A stretch of 64,000 nucleotides of DNA from Mobula hypostoma (lineage: Eukaryota): the NCBI RefSeq assembly GCF_963921235.1, contig NC_086097.1, forward strand, positions 127,536,001 through 127,600,000, written 5' to 3'. A model generated the notes under the pieces. The model was not told where the DNA came from, ran no database searches, and was given only the letters and a program-made list of their open reading frames with translations. The position numbers were made by a program, and so were the translations under genes. This document shows, one piece after another, positions 1 to 12,699 of this stretch (position 1 is its first letter; every line of letters begins with the position of its first letter).

Positions 1-988
1 ATTTCTGCTGTTATTCTTGGAGTAGAACATTGCCCAAGGAAATACTCCATGGTAGTTTTGAAGCTGATGTATCTTCTCAAGCCAGTCAGATTTTAACAGC
101 ATTAGAATCTTTGTAGCTAAGTGATTTTAAGGGGATCTATAAGAGCAGATTCCAGCCTGGTGAAGGGAACCCAATTTGGGCAAATTCTCTTTAATTCTTT
201 CATTTACTGTCCCTGTGTCCTCTATTGATAAAGCCTTTCCACTGTGCTTCTATCACCACTAAAGTGCTACAAGTTGATCTACACTGCTCTTTCTTTCTGA
301 TCTCTACCGTTCCCTTGTACCTTGAGCATTTTCCCTCCTTGCCCCAGCTCCTTGTGCCAGTTAATCCAATTTCTGCTGCAGGGTTGCACTGACAGATTAT
401 GTTGGATCTTGTGGAAGGCTGATTCAGCAGCACCCAATGATTTGGGCCTCAGTGATATTTTAAGCCATTGTCTGACACCAAATCACTTATGGCTGTAGAG
501 AGCACCAGTTGGGATCACACTGATGTGGGTGCCAATAACTTTCTGGGCCAGTGACTTCACTGTCCCTCACCTGGACTGCTGCAGCTGTAAAAAGGAATGT
601 GAAACATTCCACAGCCAATGGGTGTCACTGTGGGACAGGGCATCAGCACAGGCTGAACTAAGGTAGAGAGTTGGGGGAAGGGGAACAGCAGCAATCACTA
701 GCTTGTAGGAGGACACATTTTAATTTTTGTTCACAAAGATTACATTTTAAATTAATTAAACAATCAAATGGAGGAGGAATCTAATTAATCACCTTATTTA
801 TCATATTTTTCCTTCATTCCAACCTTTCATGTAAGAGTCATGATTTTCAAAAGAAATTTATAAGTGTTTGATGGGATCAACATTTTCAAAATTAAATTAA
901 TTGAAGTATCAGATGTGTGGTATGACACAAAAGGCATCTGTGCCGTGTTAAGTGGCAGCTTTTATAGCCGTACCACAGAAATCAAGAT

Positions 989-1544
989 TGCACCTCTGTC
1001 CCAGGATACTGACGGACTTTTACCACTGTACTATTGAGAGCATACTCACCAACTGCATCTCAGTGTGGTATGGCAATTGCCCCGTATCGGACCGCAAAGC
1101 ACTCCAGTATGTGGTGAAAACTGCCCAGCGGATTATCGGCACCCAATTGCCCACCGTTGAGAACATCTACCATAAACGCTGCCTGGGCAGGGTGAAAAGC
1201 ATTACCAAGGATGCATCCCACCCTAACCATGGACTTTTTACTCTCCTCCCATCCGGTAGATGCTACAGGAGCCTCCGCTCCTGCTCCAGCAGGCACAGGA
1301 AGAGCTTCTTCCCTGAGGCTGTGACCCTGCTGAACCTCACGTCACAGCGCTAAGCAGTATTGCACCCATATTGTACTGTCTCAGTACTTTCATATTTGTG
1401 TGCTGTAGCATTTACTTTTTATTTGCAGTTATTTTCTAAATAACACTAGTCTTTGCATTTCTGGTTAGATACTAATTGCATTTCATTGGCTTTGTATCTG
1501 TACTCGGCACAATGACAATAAAGTTGAATCTAATCTAATCTAAT
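989..1544 (+). mobile_element. Rex1/Babar LINE 3' fragment
   Basis: ORF 952-1353 has the Rex1 C-terminal motif (FYHCTIESILTNCISVWYGNC...HPNHGLFTLLPSGR); ends AATAAA plus (AATCT)n tail. Confidence 0.85.
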
Positions 1545-2177
1545 TTCCTTTTCTAACCAAACAGGAGAAATGTTAGGTACACCCAATACAAGTGGTTTCA
1601 GAATGGGGTACAAAAATCTGGAGCAGGGCTCATCAAAAAGTCACCAAATGAAGAAGAATTGAATTTGTTTAGTATTTCCCGGACATTGTCTTCAGAGTAT
1701 AAGGTCTTGTGAGTTTATTATTGATTGGCTTCATTGTGTCACAGCATATGTAGCCAAAGAGTACAGCACACTTTTCAAGACAGCACACGTAAACAATTAA
1801 CATGTCGAGTCTCTAAGCTGCTGGTGGACACTGAATGGTTCAAACCATTATTTCAATGTTACCTTTCTGCAAATCAGAGGATCCATTTAGCTCTCCTGTA
1901 ACATAGGATTTCAATATACTAAATAGACAGATACAAAAGAAAAAAAATCTATGTCTATGCCTGAAGACACTACACTGCTTATTTTCTCCTTGAACGAACA
2001 GTGAGGTACAAGTAGGTGGGATTAAAGGCAGCATTTATGACTGTACATTTGAACTGTGATTCAGGATGAAAATGGAAATGAATTTCCTCAATCACTGAAT
2101 TTGTAGAACTCACTACCTAAGAGGGCTGTGTATATTCAAAACAGGGTTCAATAGGTTTATAGATATTATAGATATTT

Positions 2178-2378
2178 GGGGTGTATTGGGTGTCAGGGAG
2201 GGGTAGCACCTCTGGTGCGGGAACATGTCGCGTTCTTTTCAAGACGGTTAGTCCAACTTTGGTCCCCACCTGGCACTCAGCTCTCACCTGTGGCTCCCCG
2301 TAGCGGTTTGCATGTGACAGCGGCCACGACCCGGGCAACGGCTTCGACAAACCGGCTAAACCAGGTGAGGGCAGCTGA
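2178..2378 (+). ncRNA. Candidate HDV-like self-cleaving ribozyme
   Basis: Pairings in HDV order: P2 2280-2290/2362-2372, P3 GGC 2292-94/GCC 2323-25, L3 TCC with P1.1 GG 2333-34, P4 hairpin, J4/2 GCTAA (C2356); P1 imperfect. Confidence 0.5.
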
Positions 2379-2738
2379 CGAGTCTCAAACCCTCGGTGAG
2401 ATAGCGTGTTGTCTATCCCAGCTTGTGAAGACAGACTCCGGCGGATTGAGCAGACGAGACCAATGGAAAGTCCAATGATCAAGAAGGCGGTCTCTGCAAG
2501 CATCGTGGAACGTGTAGAGCAGGACAAGACACAGAAGATGTCCTGGTTATCCACTGCACCTAGTCCCATCTCCAGCTGTCTTGACTCTGTCTTGCCACTG
2601 GACCCAGATGGGAATTGGGAAGAGAGAGTGAGGCTGACGCTGCGCAACTCTCCCTCACTTAAATCCAAATCAGGCACTAGTCTGAACACCATCTGGTGTC
2701 GAGGTCCTCATTGATGTCGACAATGGATGAACAACAAC
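2178..2738 (+). mobile_element. Non-autonomous RTE-derived retroelement (RTE 5'UTR-like head, CAA tail)
   Basis: TSD AGATATT (2170-2176 / 2739-2745), (CAA)n tail, no RT; head resembles RTE-clade 5'UTRs; related copy at 51870-52060 (-). Confidence 0.7.
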
Positions 2739-2984
2739 AGATATTAAAGAAAACAAGGGATGTGTAGCTAGTGCAAGCAAATACCACCAAAGTTAAGAGA
2801 TCAGCCATGATCTGATGGATTGGAGGCATGAGGCACTGAATGGTCTCTTTTTAGAGTCATGGTGCACAGGGCATAGGTCCTTTGGCCGATCTGTTCCATG
2901 CTGACCAAGATTCCCATCTAAACTGTTCCTACTTACCAGTGTTTGGCCCATATCCTTCTAATCCATCTATTACTTTATGTACCA

Positions 2985-5900
2985 GGTTTAAAAAGCAAGC
3001 GGGGCTTGTTGGGACTTGTCTGCGGAGCAGGAGGTTGCTTGGGTTTTTTCGTAACTTAGCAAGGGACAATCAAAAAGCCAAGGTGTAAGCAGAGCGTTCA
3101 TTGTGGGAGTGAGCATGGTTATTGAGTTCACGAATGATATCTAATGATAAAATTAAATGCCCTTGGGAATCAGAACTTCAAGAGTCATTTTCAGATAATC
3201 AATGAAGTAAAATTTTTCATTCGGTTAACAACTCATCTATTTGTGCCCGTCATTCCTTGATACAGTTCAAGGTAGTGCATCGGGCCCATATGTCAAAGGA
3301 TAAACTAGCGCGTATTTTCTCTAATATTAATCCTATTTGTGACAGATGTAAAACTGAGCTGGCCATTTTAACTCATAAGTATTGGTCTTGTATAAAGCTA
3401 GATAACTTTTGGAGAGATGTTTTTAAAACACCATCAAAAGTTTTAGATCTGGATCTACAACCTAATTTGCTTACGGCAATTTTTGGGATTATCCTAACGG
3501 AAGCAGGAAATATTCCTGTTTCTGCTCAACGTATGATAGCCTTTTTGACCTTACTGGCTAGGAGAGCCATTTTATTGAAGTGGAAAGAATCTAATCCACC
3601 TACGGTCTTTTATTGGCTTTCCTCCATTATGTCCTGTTTAAGTTTAGAGAAAATAAGAAGTCGGACATTTGATACATCTTTTAAATTTGAGCAAATATGG
3701 TGACCTATTATCCAATATTTTCATTTAATTTGATTTATTACTCTTTCAATCTTTTTTTTCCGAAGTTTTAGATTTGATCAGAAAGGCTTTTTTTCTTTTT
3801 TGGTCGTATCCTCAAAATGGACTGCCCACTCCCTTTTTTTTTGTTTTTTTATATAGTGTAGTAGTTTTTTTTTCTTTTCATTTAAAACCCAATGTTTTTT
3901 CCTTTCTCTTCATAAACTGGTAAGAGGAGAATTGTCATTTTCATTTTTTCATTAATAATTTTATACTAGTTTAACAATATCTATGATTTTGACAATGTCT
4001 GTCTTAATCTTGGTTTATATTGCTACTGATATATATATTTGAACTAATTCTCTTGATTGTATTTATGCTTTTTTTAAATCAATAAAAAGATTAATAAAGA
4101 AAGAAAGAAGTCTGGAGTCATTTAGTTGATCGTAGAACTTAAATTTACGAAGTTAGAGCCAGAGGTATAACGAGTGTAGGCAGGACAGTAGTTAGACAGT
4201 GGAATACGCCTCTTGTAAAATGTGGGATTGCAGGTTATCTAACAGTCTCCTGGATGACTAAATTTGTAGAAACTGTATCCAACTCCTGGCTGACAAGGCT
4301 AAGGAACTGGAGCTGCAGCTGGATGCACTCAGGACCATCTGAAAACCTCATAGATGAATCTTTTACTGAAGTAGTCACATGCAGAATGCAGGCTTCAGAC
4401 AGTAGACGGGTGACTATCAGGAGAAGTAAGGGGAGTAAGCAGTCAATACAAGTTTCCCTAGTGGCCATTCATCTCAGGAACAAGCGTATCTCTTTGGATA
4501 CTGCTGGGGGAATGACCTATCAGTGCATAGCTGAAGCAATCAGGCCAGTGGCACTGTAGCCAGCTCTGAGACTCAGCAGGGAAGGGTAAAGTCAGGCAGA
4601 GCAATAGTGATAGGAGACTCGATAATTAGGGGGATGGACAGGAGACTATGTTGCCACGAAAGACACAACAGGATGGTGTGTTGACTCCCAGGTGTTAGGG
4701 TCTAGGATGATTCAGAGTCACTGAAGAATATTCTCAAAGGTGAGGGTGAGCATCCAGAGGTCAAGGTGCACATTGGCACCAATGACATAGGTAGAAAGGA
4801 GGAAGAAGAGTTAGAAAAGAGGCAGAAGAACAGGTCTTCCAAGGTGGTCATCTCTGGATTACTTCCAGTGCCACAGGCTAGACAGGGCAGGATTAAGATG
4901 ATAGTGCAGATGAATGAGTGGCTAAGGAACTGGTGCAAGGGGCAGGGTTTCAGGTTCTTGGATCATTGGAATATTTTCTGGGGCAGGGGTGACCTGCACA
5001 AGAGGGATGGGTTGCACCTGAACTAGAGGGAAACCAATATCCTGGGTGGGAGATTCGCTGGTGTTACTCGGGAGGGTTTAAACTAGTTTGGTGGCAGATC
5101 GGGTGGGGGGGGCAGGTGTGGGAACCAGAGCCCCAGGACAGAAGGTGAAGGGAAGGGAAGGAAGGAAGGTGGAGGTTCGGGTCAGGAAAAACAGGTTGGA
5201 GCAAAGCAATTGATGTGATATGCTGGACAGTGTGAAGTTTGTGTATTTTAATGCTTGGAGTATTATGGGTAATGGTGATGAACTTAGAACATGGATCAGT
5301 ATGTGGAACTATGATGTTGTGGCATTACAGAGACTTCTTCAGGAGAGGGACAGAAATGGGTGCTTAATGTCCCAGGGATGTGATATTTTAGAAAAGATAG
5401 AGAGGGAGGTAAAGAGGTTGGTGGGGGTGGGGGAGGAGAGTTGCACTACTAATCAGGGACAATATCACAGCTGCAATCAGAGGGGACATATCGGAAGGAT
5501 CATCCACTGAGTCTTTCTGGGTGGACACAAAAATAGGAAGGGTGCAATCACTCTGATGGGATTGTACTACAGACCCTTCCCCGATAGCAACTGGGACATT
5601 GAGGACCAGGTATGCAGGCGGATTAAGGAAAGGTGTAAAAGCTATCGGGCTGTTGTCATGGGAGAAGTCAGCTTCTCTAATAAAAACTGGGACCCTTTGA
5701 GTGCAAGTGTTTTGGATGGGGCAGGAATTGTTAAGTGCATCCAGGAGGGTATCTTAAAGCAATTTGTAGATAGTCCAGCAAGAGGAGGGTCTGTACTGGA
5801 TCTGGTGTTGGGTAATGAGCCTGGCCAGTGGATGAACAGTTAGGCAACAGTGACCACAACTCCTTATTTTAAGATAGCTGTAGATAACGATAAGTATGGA

Positions 5901-8060
5901 CCTTGCGGGAGAGTATTAAATTGGGGCAGGGCAGGTTACAAGAACATTAGACAGAAAGTAGGGAGAGTTAAACAGCTGCTTTGGGGCAAGTGGAGAGTGT
6001 TTATAGATCAACTGCACAGAGTACAGGATGGATATGTTCCAGGAAGGACAAGGATGCCAAGGTGTGAGAACCTTGGATGTCGAGAAAGGTGATGAATTTC
6101 GTCAAGAAGGAAAAGGAAAAGTACATAAAACTTAGGAAGCAAGAATCAAACAGAGCCCTTGAGGACTATAAAGTAGCCAGAAAAGAACTCAAGAAAGGGC
6201 ATTAGGAAAACCAGGAGGGGCCACAAAAAGTCCTTGACAAATAGGATTAAGGAGAATCCCAAGGCAATTCAGGAGCAAGAAGATAACTAGGGAGAGGGTA
6301 GGACCAGTTTAAGCAAAGCGGGGGAGGGAGAAACATTTGTATGGATGCGAAGGATGTATGTGAGGTCCTTAACAATTACATTACATCAGTATCTACCAAG
6401 GGGAAGAATGAGGAGGATAGGGAGTTCACTGCTGAGCGTATTAATATGCTGGGGCACTTTGGGTCTCCTAAAGAGCATTGAGGCGGATAAGTCTCGAGGA
6501 GCTGATAGGATAAACCTCAGGTTATTGAGAGCGGCAAGAACAGAGATTGCTGGGGCCTTGACCAATATCTCTGTGTCTTCTCTAACCACAGGTGAGGTCC
6601 TGGAGGACTAGTGAGTAGCCAATGTAGTTCTATTATTCAAGAGGAGAACCAGGGATAATCCTGGTAACTATAGTATAGACCAGTCTCACATCAGTGTTAT
6701 GGAAATTACTGGAGAGAATCCTTAGGGATAAGATTTATGGGCATTTGGAAAACCATGGCCTAATTAGGGAGAGTGACCATGGCTTTGTGCAGGGCAAGTC
6801 GGGTCTTACAAACTTGATTGAGTTTTTTGATGAGGTGACAGGGCTGATTGATGAAGGCAGAGCCATGGATGTTGCTTGCATGGATTTTAGTAAGGAATTT
6901 GACAAGATCCCTCATGGGCAGCTCATCTAGAAGATTAAGATGCATGGTATCTGTGGTGAATTGGCATTAGGATTAAGAACTGGCTTGCCCATAGAAGACA
7001 GAGGATAGTGGTTGAAGGGACTTATTCTAGCTGGAGATCTGTGATTAGTGGTGTTCTGCAGGGATCTGTACTGGGACCTCTGCTGTTTGTGATGTGCATA
7101 AATGACCTGAGTGAAAACGAAGATGGGTGGATTAGCAAATTTTCAGATGATACAAATATTGGTGGTGTTGTGGATAGTGTAGAAGAATACAATGGGATAT
7201 AGATCAGTTGTAAATGTGGGTGGAGGAATGACAGAAGGAGTTTAACACATGCAAATGTGAAGAGTTGCACCTTGGTAGATAAAATGCAAAGAGACAGTAC
7301 ACTTTTAAGGTCAAGATCCTTAGCAGTGTGGATGAGCAGGTGGATCACGAGGTCCAAGTCCATAGCTCCCTACAAGTGGCTACACAGGTTGATAGGGTGG
7401 TAACAAGGTGGATGACATGTTTGCTTTGTTAGTCATGGCACTGAATTCAAAAATCAGGTGGTTACGCAGCAGCTTTAGAAACCCTTAGTCAGGCCACATC
7501 TGGAGTATTGCATAGTGTCTGGTCACCCCATTATAGAAAGGATGTCGAGGCTTTGGAGAGGATGCAGAAGATGTTTACCAGGATGTTTCCTGGATTAAAG
7601 GGCATGCGCTGTAACAAGAGGCTGGACAAACTTGGGTTGCTTTCTCTGGCGCGGTGGAGGATGAGTGGAGATCTGATAGAGGTGTGTAAGATTATGAGAG
7701 GCATAGATAGAGTAGACAGACAATATCTTTTTCCAAGTGTTGAAATGTCTAATAACAGAGGGCATGGATTTAAGGTGAGAGGGGGTAATTTTAAAGGAGA
7801 TGTGGGGGGCATATTTTTTTACACAGAAAGTGGTGGGTGCCTGGAAAGTTCTGCCTGGGGTGGTGGTAGAGGCAGATACATTAAAGACTTTCAGGAGACA
7901 TTTAGATAGGCACATGAATGTGAGAAAATAGAAGAATATGTACATTGTGGGGGCAGAAGAGCTTAGTTAGCCGTTGGATTACTAATTTAATTGGTTCTGT
8001 ACAACCAATTGGTGCTGAAGGGCCGGTTCTCATGCTTTAATATTCTATACTCTAAACGTT
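2985..8060 (+). mobile_element. Near full-length decayed CR1 LINE (ORF1 SGNH-esterase-like, ORF2 APE endonuclease + RT), interrupted by an L1/Tx1 fragment
   Basis: ORF1 remnants (IVIGDSII, HIGTNDIG, DGLHLN); endonuclease (YFNAWSI, LDLVL); RT (HGFVQGKS, DFSKEFDK, QGSVLGPLLF, KFSDDT); many stops and frameshifts. Confidence 0.9.
3130..4108 (+). mobile_element. L1/Tx1-clade LINE 3' fragment
   Basis: ORF 3257-3703 is an L1-type ORF2 C-terminal Cys-rich region (IQFKVVHRAH...CDRCK...HKYWSC..FW); T-rich 3'UTR; AATAAA plus (GAAA)n tail. Confidence 0.85.
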
Positions 8061-8253
8061 TTCAATCCAGCTACCTGTCAATAAACCTTTCAAATATTGT
8101 TAAAGTACCACTTCTTTTTGGCAGCTCATTCAACATAGATTCTATTTTTCTCATTCCTCATTTCTATTTATACATTTCATAAAAGGCAGCCATAATTTTT
8201 GGATTTCAAAATCAAATTGTCAAATTGTCCTCTTAGATGCATTGTGGTTAATC

Positions 8254-10676
8254 ATAGAAACATAAAAACATAGAAACATAGAAAATAGGTGCAGGAGTAG
8301 GCCATTCAGTCCTTTGAGCCTGCACCGCCATTCAGTATGATCACGGCTGATCATCCAATTCAGAACCCTGTACCTGCTTTCTCTACATACCCCCTGATCC
8401 CTTTAGCCACAAGGGCCATATCTAACACCCTCTTAAATATAGCCAATGAACCGGCCTCAACTGTTTCCTGTGGCAGAGAATTCCACAGATTCACCACTCT
8501 CTGTGTGAAGAAGTTTTTCCTCATCTCGGTCCTAAAAGGCTTCCCCTTTATCCTTAAACTGTGACCCCTCATTCTGGACATCCCCAACATTGGGAACAAT
8601 CTTCCCGCATCTAGTCTGTCCAATCCCTTTAGAATTTTATACATTTCAATAAGATCCTCCCTCAATCTTCTAAATTCCAGCGAGTATAAGGATAGTCGAT
8701 CCAGTCTTTCTTCATATGAAAGTCCTGCCATCCCAGGAATCAATCTGGTGAACCTTCTTTGTACTCCCTCTCTGGCAAGAATATCTTTCCTCAGATTAGG
8801 GGACCAAAACTGCACACAATACTCCAGGTGTGGTCTCACCAAGGCCTTGTACAACTGCAGTAGAACCTCCCTGCTCCTGTACTCGAATCCTCTTGCTATG
8901 AATGCCAACATACCATTCGCCTTTTTCACCGTCTGCTGTACCTGCATGCCCACTTTCAATGGCTGGTATACAATGACACCCAGGTCTCGTTACACCTCCC
9001 CTTTTCCTAATTGGCCACCATTCAGATAATAATCTGTTTTCCTGTTCTTGCCACCAAAGTGGATACGCTCACATTTATCCACATTAAATTGTATCTGCTA
9101 TGAATTTGCCCACTCACCTAACCTATCCAAGTCACCCTGCATCCTCTTAGCATCCTCCTCACAGCTAACACTACCGCCTAGCTTCGTGTCATCTGCAATC
9201 TTGGAGATGCTGCATTTAATTCCCTCGTCTGTCATTAATATATATTGTAAACAACTGGGGTCCCAACACTGAGCCTTGCGGTACCCCACTAGTCACTGCC
9301 TGCCATTCTGAAAAGGTCCCGTTTATTCCCACTCTTTGCTTTCTGTCTGCCAACCAATTCTCTATCCACATCAATACCATACCCCCAATACCGTGTGCTT
9401 TAAGTTTGCATACTAATCTCCTGTGTGGGACCTTGTCAAAAGCCTTTTGAAAATCCAAATATACCACATCCACTGGTTCTCCCCTATCCACTCTACTAGT
9501 TACATCCTCAAAAAATTCTGTAAGATTTGCCAGACATGATTTTCCTTTCACAAATCCATGCTGACTTTGTCTGATGATTTCACTGCTTTCCAAATGTGCT
9601 GTTATCACATCTTTGATAACTGATTCCAGCATTTTCCCCACCACTAATGTCAGACTAACTGGTCTATAATTCCCCAGTTTCTCTCTCCCTCCTTTTTTAA
9701 AAAGTGGGGCTACAGTAGCCACCCTCCAATCCTCAGGAACTAACCCAGAATCTAAAGAGTTTTGAAAAATTATCACTAGTGCATCCACTATTTCTTGGGC
9801 TACTTCCTTAAGCACTCTGGGATGCAGACCATCTGGCCCTGGGGATTTATCTGCCTTTAATCCCTTCAATTTACCTAACACCACTTCCCTACTAATGTGT
9901 ATTTCCCTCAGTTCCTCCATCTCACTAGACCCTCGGTCCCCTACTATTTCCGGAAGATTATTTATGTCCTCCTTAGTGAAGGCAGAACCAAAGTAGTTAT
10001 TCAATTGGTCTGCCATGTCCTTGTTCCCCATGATCAATTCACCTGTTTCTGACTGTAAGGGACCTACATTTGTCTTAACCAATCTTTTTCTTTTCACATA
10101 TCTACAAAAGCTTTTACAGTCAGTTTTTATGTTCCCTGCCAGCTTTCTCTCATAATCTTTTTTCCGTTTCTTAATTAAGCCTTTTGTCCTCCTCTGCTGG
10201 AATCTGAATTTCTCCCAGTCCTCAGGTGTGCCGCTTTTTCTGGCTAATTTGTATGTTTCTTCTTTGGAATTGATACTATCCCTAATTTCCCTTGTCAGCC
10301 ACGGGTGCACTACCTTCCTTGGTTTATTCTTTTGCCAAACTGGGATGAACAACTGTTGTAGTTCATCCATGCGATCTTTAAATGCTGCTGCTGCCTTCCC
10401 CTGATGAGACATCTCCCCCAACAGCATCCAAAACAGTATATCTGTTTAGGAGGGAGATGACCTCAGGGGACTCCTGCACTACCTGCCTACTGCTACGCTG
10501 TCGAGTGGCCACCCATTCCCTTTCTGCCTGTGTAGCCTTTACCTGCGGTGTGGCCAACTCACTGAACATGCTATTCATGACTTTCTCAGCATTGCGGATG
10601 CTCCAGTATGAATCCAATCGCAGCTCCAGCTGCTCAATGTGGTCTGCCAGAAGCTGCAGCTGGACACATCTCCTGC
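8254..10676 (-). mobile_element. Young CR1 LINE with internal deletion (ORF1 piece joined to ORF2 RT)
   Basis: ORFs 9216-10427, 9098-9289, 8360-8959 give RT (YRPVSLT, DFQKAFDKV, PQGSVLGP, IADDTK); ORF1 piece 10378-10617; (TTTCTATG)n tail. Confidence 0.93.
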
Positions 10677-10835
10677 ATCATCTTTGGGACTGCATGATTC
10701 TGACCTTGAACTCAGGGACAGCTCTCTCCTTTTGACATAAATGCTTGGTTCTGGTTTTTCACCTACTACAGTCTGTATTGCATCTAACTCTGGCACAACT
10801 TCAGGACTAAATAGGTCATCACCTAGATTTTGTTC

Positions 10836-11156
10836 TTTCTTTTCAAATCTTTTTATTGTATACATAGTAAAAATAACATGAGTACATCGAAGTAACAACA
10901 CATACAATGCCTCAAAAAAAGCCCATCGTCTTAAAGATTGAAAACAAAATTTTGTGATAACAAAAAAAAAGACCTACTGAGCAGAAAAGTGAGAAAAAAA
11001 AGAGAACCCATTAGGTGTACAACCCGGAGCCATGCATCATACAAAAAGCTTCTAAAAATAAACATCAAACCGCCAGCAAGAAAAGAAAATATACTAAAAA
11101 AATTTACAATTAGATTGTGGAAAAATTATATCAATTAACTCAAATGATAATAACGA
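10836..11156 (-). mobile_element. L1/Tx1 3'UTR-only insertion
   Basis: 16-bp TSD CACCT(A/G)GATTTTGTTC at 10820-10835 and 11157-11172; tail AATAAAAAGATT..GAAAGAA like the one at 4081-4108. Confidence 0.75.
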
Positions 11157-11214
11157 CACCTGGATTTTGTTCATCTCCAGCAGAGGCCAGTTGATCTAGT
11201 GGAGTTAGAGTTGT

Positions 11215-12030
11215 TGGTAATTTTCCAATACTTGAGATGCATGTTGGAAATAGACCAGTTTTCAGAAGCATATACAAGAGAAGGGAACACTGCTGCCAGA
11301 TAGACACAAGTGTTGTGCCAAGACTAAGAACATGATCTTCAAATACCTTCGACTTTGACTGAATGGTGTGCTGGCACATTGAAGGCAATAGGACTTTTTT
11401 GTCTTTGCTATCATTCTTCACTAAGGGGTGTTGAACCAGTATATGGAAATGATCGAAGTTCCTCAGGGTCTTGCTGTGTACCTATATTGGTGTGGTATGG
11501 GAGGAAGGAGAAAGTTGATTGAGGGTCTTGGTCTCACAGGTACTGAGTGTAAGGCCCAACCTCTCAGTGAAAAAGACAACTACGTCATGGAGCCTGGCTT
11601 CCAAATGTGTGCAAGTGAAAGCAATGCCAGCATACTGCAGATTAACTGAGGTTCAGGTGACCTAGGTGCTGGAATTTACATTCCCATATATTGAATAGTT
11701 TCCATTATTTCTGAAGTTTAGTTCTACTCCCATGGGAAGCTTTTTGGAGGTGACGTGCAACACTAGTGTAAGAAAGATTGAGAGATGTGTCAGGGCAATG
11801 ATGCAGCCTTGTTTGACAATGGTTCTCACTGAGATTGGTTTTCTTGTAAACCCATTGGGTAACACTATGGCATGCACGTCGAGGTGGAACAAACATAAGA
11901 TGCAGCCAGATGTATGTGGGGAGCTAAATCTGAGATGTATTTTCCACAGAATCAACCACTTAATGGAGTCAAAGGCTTTAATGAGGTCACCTGAAGTGGT
12001 GTCACTATTACTCTTCAGAGCTGGTTTTGT
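11215..12030 (-). mobile_element. Decayed RTE-clade LINE ORF2 (RT)
   Basis: Minus-strand remnants DLIKAFDS..LWKIHLRF..VKQGCIIA..GVELNFR and KVFED..LVYASENW resemble RTE ORF2. Confidence 0.8.
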
Positions 12031-12249
12031 AAACTTGACTACAGTACTCGTGCTGCAGACTGTGGCTAAAGTGTTGCTTATGGTGGATCAAATTCTCTGC
12101 ACTTTTTGGAAATAATTTCCATCGCAAAAATTTAATACAGTATACAAATTCAGAAGTCGAGTTGTGCACACGTCACAGCTTTGGCTAAATTTATTGATCT
12201 GCCTGTTCACTCTTCAGGACACCAATGTTGCAAGGTAGGGATTAGGGGA

Positions 12250-12690
12250 AGTTGTGGTACAGCCTGGAAACAGGCCTTTTGGCCCACTATGTCTATGCGT
12301 ACTATCAAACGCCCACTGATGATAATCCAGTTTAGTTCTCCCTCACATTCCCATCTATTGCCCCAGATTTTACCGTTCTCCCACATACCAGGGGTATTAT
12401 GCCTCCCGTCATGTCACAGAGTGAGAGAGAATGCATAGAAATAGGTCCTTTGCAAAGTGAACTGCTTCAAGCATCAACCTACTTACAATAACCATCCATT
12501 AATCGCATTTTTTATTCTCCACACATTCTCATTAACTCCTCCCACATTCTATCACTCACTTCCATATTAGGGACAATTTTACAATGACTCATTACCTAAT
12601 AACCCACACATTATTCAGATGAGGGAGGAAGCTGGAGCATCTAGTCAAAACCCATGCAGTAACAGGGAGAACTCAACACAGACAGCCTTG
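12250..12690 (-). mobile_element. Two decayed V-SINE/HE1-like fragments
   Basis: CR1-like tail plus gggaggaagctggagca..aaaacccatgcagt..acagggagaa motif shared with 26903-27030 and 39550-39826. Confidence 0.6.
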
Positions 12691-12699
12691 AATGTCATT

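Larger units (their letters stand above)
2085..2850 (+). mobile_element. Old CR1 3' end, interrupted by the RTE-derived insertion at 2178-2738
   Basis: The flanks rejoin into a CR1 3' sequence (gtatattcaaaacag..ataggtttatagatatt|aaagaaaacaagggat..gatcagccatgatct), similar to the other CR1 tails in the window. Confidence 0.65.

Noticed and set aside
2117..2714. Overlapping 100-191 aa ORFs on both strands
   Set aside because: They lie within a GC-rich non-coding retroelement and have no protein motif
5095..5185. G-rich tract with quadruplex potential
   Set aside because: Ordinary CR1 inter-ORF sequence with no independent evidence of function
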